Assembly: GCA_963796285.1 (NCBI GenBank)
Contig: CAWCKW010000013.1
Location: 192,001 to 256,000, forward strand
Source: Nitrospirota bacterium
GTDB taxonomy: Bacteria; Nitrospirota; UBA9217
Reading direction: 5' to 3'
Length of the DNA: 64,000 bases
In this document: positions 63,057 to 64,000 of the stretch, piece after piece
Layout: the number at the start of each line of letters is the position of its first letter
Position numbering within the stretch: position 1 is the first letter of the stretch
Position numbers and translations under genes: made by a program
Notes under the pieces: model-generated
Database searches by the model: none
Told to the model about the DNA's origin: nothing
Seen by the model: only the letters and a program-made list of their open reading frames with translations

Positions 63057-63302
63057 ATGATCGACCGACAGTCCAACGATCCTCTACACGGCATCACTCT
63101 GGAAATGATCCTTACCCAGCTGGTCGAACACTATGGTTGGGAAGAAATGGGAAGAATGGTCAAGATCAAATGTTTTACGAATGACCCGAGCATCAAGTCC
63201 AGCTTGCAGTTTCTGAGAAGGACCCCCTGGGCGAGAAGTAAAGTTGAAGCCCTCTATTTGAGATACAAAAGGGAGTCCGCGAAGAAACCGAAGAGTACGT
63301 GA
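63057..63302 (+). CDS. VF530 / DUF2132 family DNA-binding protein
   Basis: [39 protein letters not shown]. Confidence 0.9.
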   Translation: MIDRQSNDPLHGITLEMILTQLVEHYGWEEMGRMVKIKCFTNDPSIKSSLQFLRRTPWARSKVEALYLRYKRESAKKPKST

Positions 63303-63415
63303 GCAGGGATCGAGCAGCCTGACAGGCGAACAATGGGGTTGTTAACCATTGCAGCTGATGCACAAACTCGTTGTTGATCTCTCAGGTCGTAGAAAAAATA
63401 CCAATGTCACAAACT

Positions 63416-63492
63416 CGCACCCTGAAGGGTGCGGCTACCTTAATGAAAAATCATTGCCTCGGTATTGGTAGCCGCAGGCTTTAAACCCGTGG
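63416..63492. repeat. Inverted pair of GTAG-class REP-like palindromes (REPIN-like)
   Basis: Minus GTAGCCGCACCCTTCAGGGTGCG and plus GTAGCCGCAGGCTTTAAACCCGTG. Confidence 0.65.
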
Positions 63493-63520
63493 GCACCTTC
63501 TCCCCGCCCCGGTTGCTCCT

Positions 63521-64000
63521 TCATGATAGCGATCCGCTGTGGGACTCAAACCATCTCCGATCGGCCAGCACGACCGAGGTCTCTGTCTGCCGCTCGGGGA
63601 TGGACCAGTATTTCCTGAGCAAACGGCCCTCCTCTTCCTTCGAGACCAGCTGAAAACCGTGCTTCTCGTAGAACCTGATGGCCCAGATCGCGGCTGCCCA
63701 GGTGCCGACGAGCGTGGGACGCGTTGCGAGTGTTTTGAGATGGGCGATCAGCGTTCCGCCGATTCCCCGGCCCCGAAAGGCCGTGTTGACATAGGCGTGG
63801 CGGATGAGCGTTACGTCCTGCACATCTTGAATGCCCATGACGCCGACGATCTCCCCGTCTATTTCATGACCCCGGAAGATCACGCCCGCGTCTATCTCAT
63901 GTCGAAGATACGCCCGGGACATATACGGTTCTCTCCAGCAATCCGCAGGGATAACGCCCTTGTATGCCCGGGCGGAGTCGTTGATGATGGCGTAGAGTGT
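63521..64000 (-). CDS. GNAT family N-acetyltransferase (5' end beyond the window)
   Basis: LIRHAYV...RGRGIG (motif A), AIRFYEKHGF; frame stays open to the window edge. Confidence 0.9.
   Translation of the reverse strand, partial: TLYAIINDSARAYKGVIPADCWREPYMSRAYLRHEIDAGVIFRGHEIDGEIVGVMGIQDVQDVTLIRHAYVNTAFRGRGIGGTLIAHLKTLATRPTLVGTWAAAIWAIRFYEKHGFQLVSKEEEGRLLRKYWSIPERQTETSVVLADRRWFESHSGSLS

Noticed and set aside
57445-64000. Prophage or genomic island after tRNA-Leu
   Set aside because: No integrase, structural or transfer genes; only an AT-rich patch and unrelated accessory genes

Overview
Core-genome window from a diderm bacterium. EF-Tu, RpoBC, GroESL and gene order suggest Nitrospirota or a related deep lineage; this is inference, not a computed placement. 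Bases ~2.5-38.7 kb (minus strand) hold one unbroken translation/transcription supercluster: cysS, rlmB, tRNA Thr/Tyr/Gly/Thr, tuf, rpmG, tRNA-Trp, secE, nusG, rplKAJL, rpoBC, rpsLG, fusA, tuf and the S10, spc and alpha operons, with no adk. Left of it lie a REC-GAF-HD-GYP regulator and a decayed kinase remnant. To the right are a stand-alone LigD phosphoesterase, hemE-hemH-hemY, an IS4 element, small accessory genes behind groESL (CIRCE), ftsEX-envC-ctpA, a split transketolase and tRNA-Leu. An accessory tail follows with a lysozyme-like protein, tandem PilZ, macrodomain, EndoQ, VF530 and GNAT genes. About 14 small frame lesions between 31.5 and 54.2 kb, some in essential genes, look like long-read consensus errors. 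The most notable unexplained signal is non-coding: about a dozen intergenic inserts of degenerate 7-bp repeats (plus several 9-bp ones) in inverted arms, with unit sequences that differ between loci, sitting inside core operons. Also notable are a mini-element that duplicated the tRNA-Leu 3' end, an alphaproteobacterial-like L12/L10 stalk, and copies of a groEL-terminator-like hairpin behind successive accessory genes. No CRISPR array, prophage or integrase is present.
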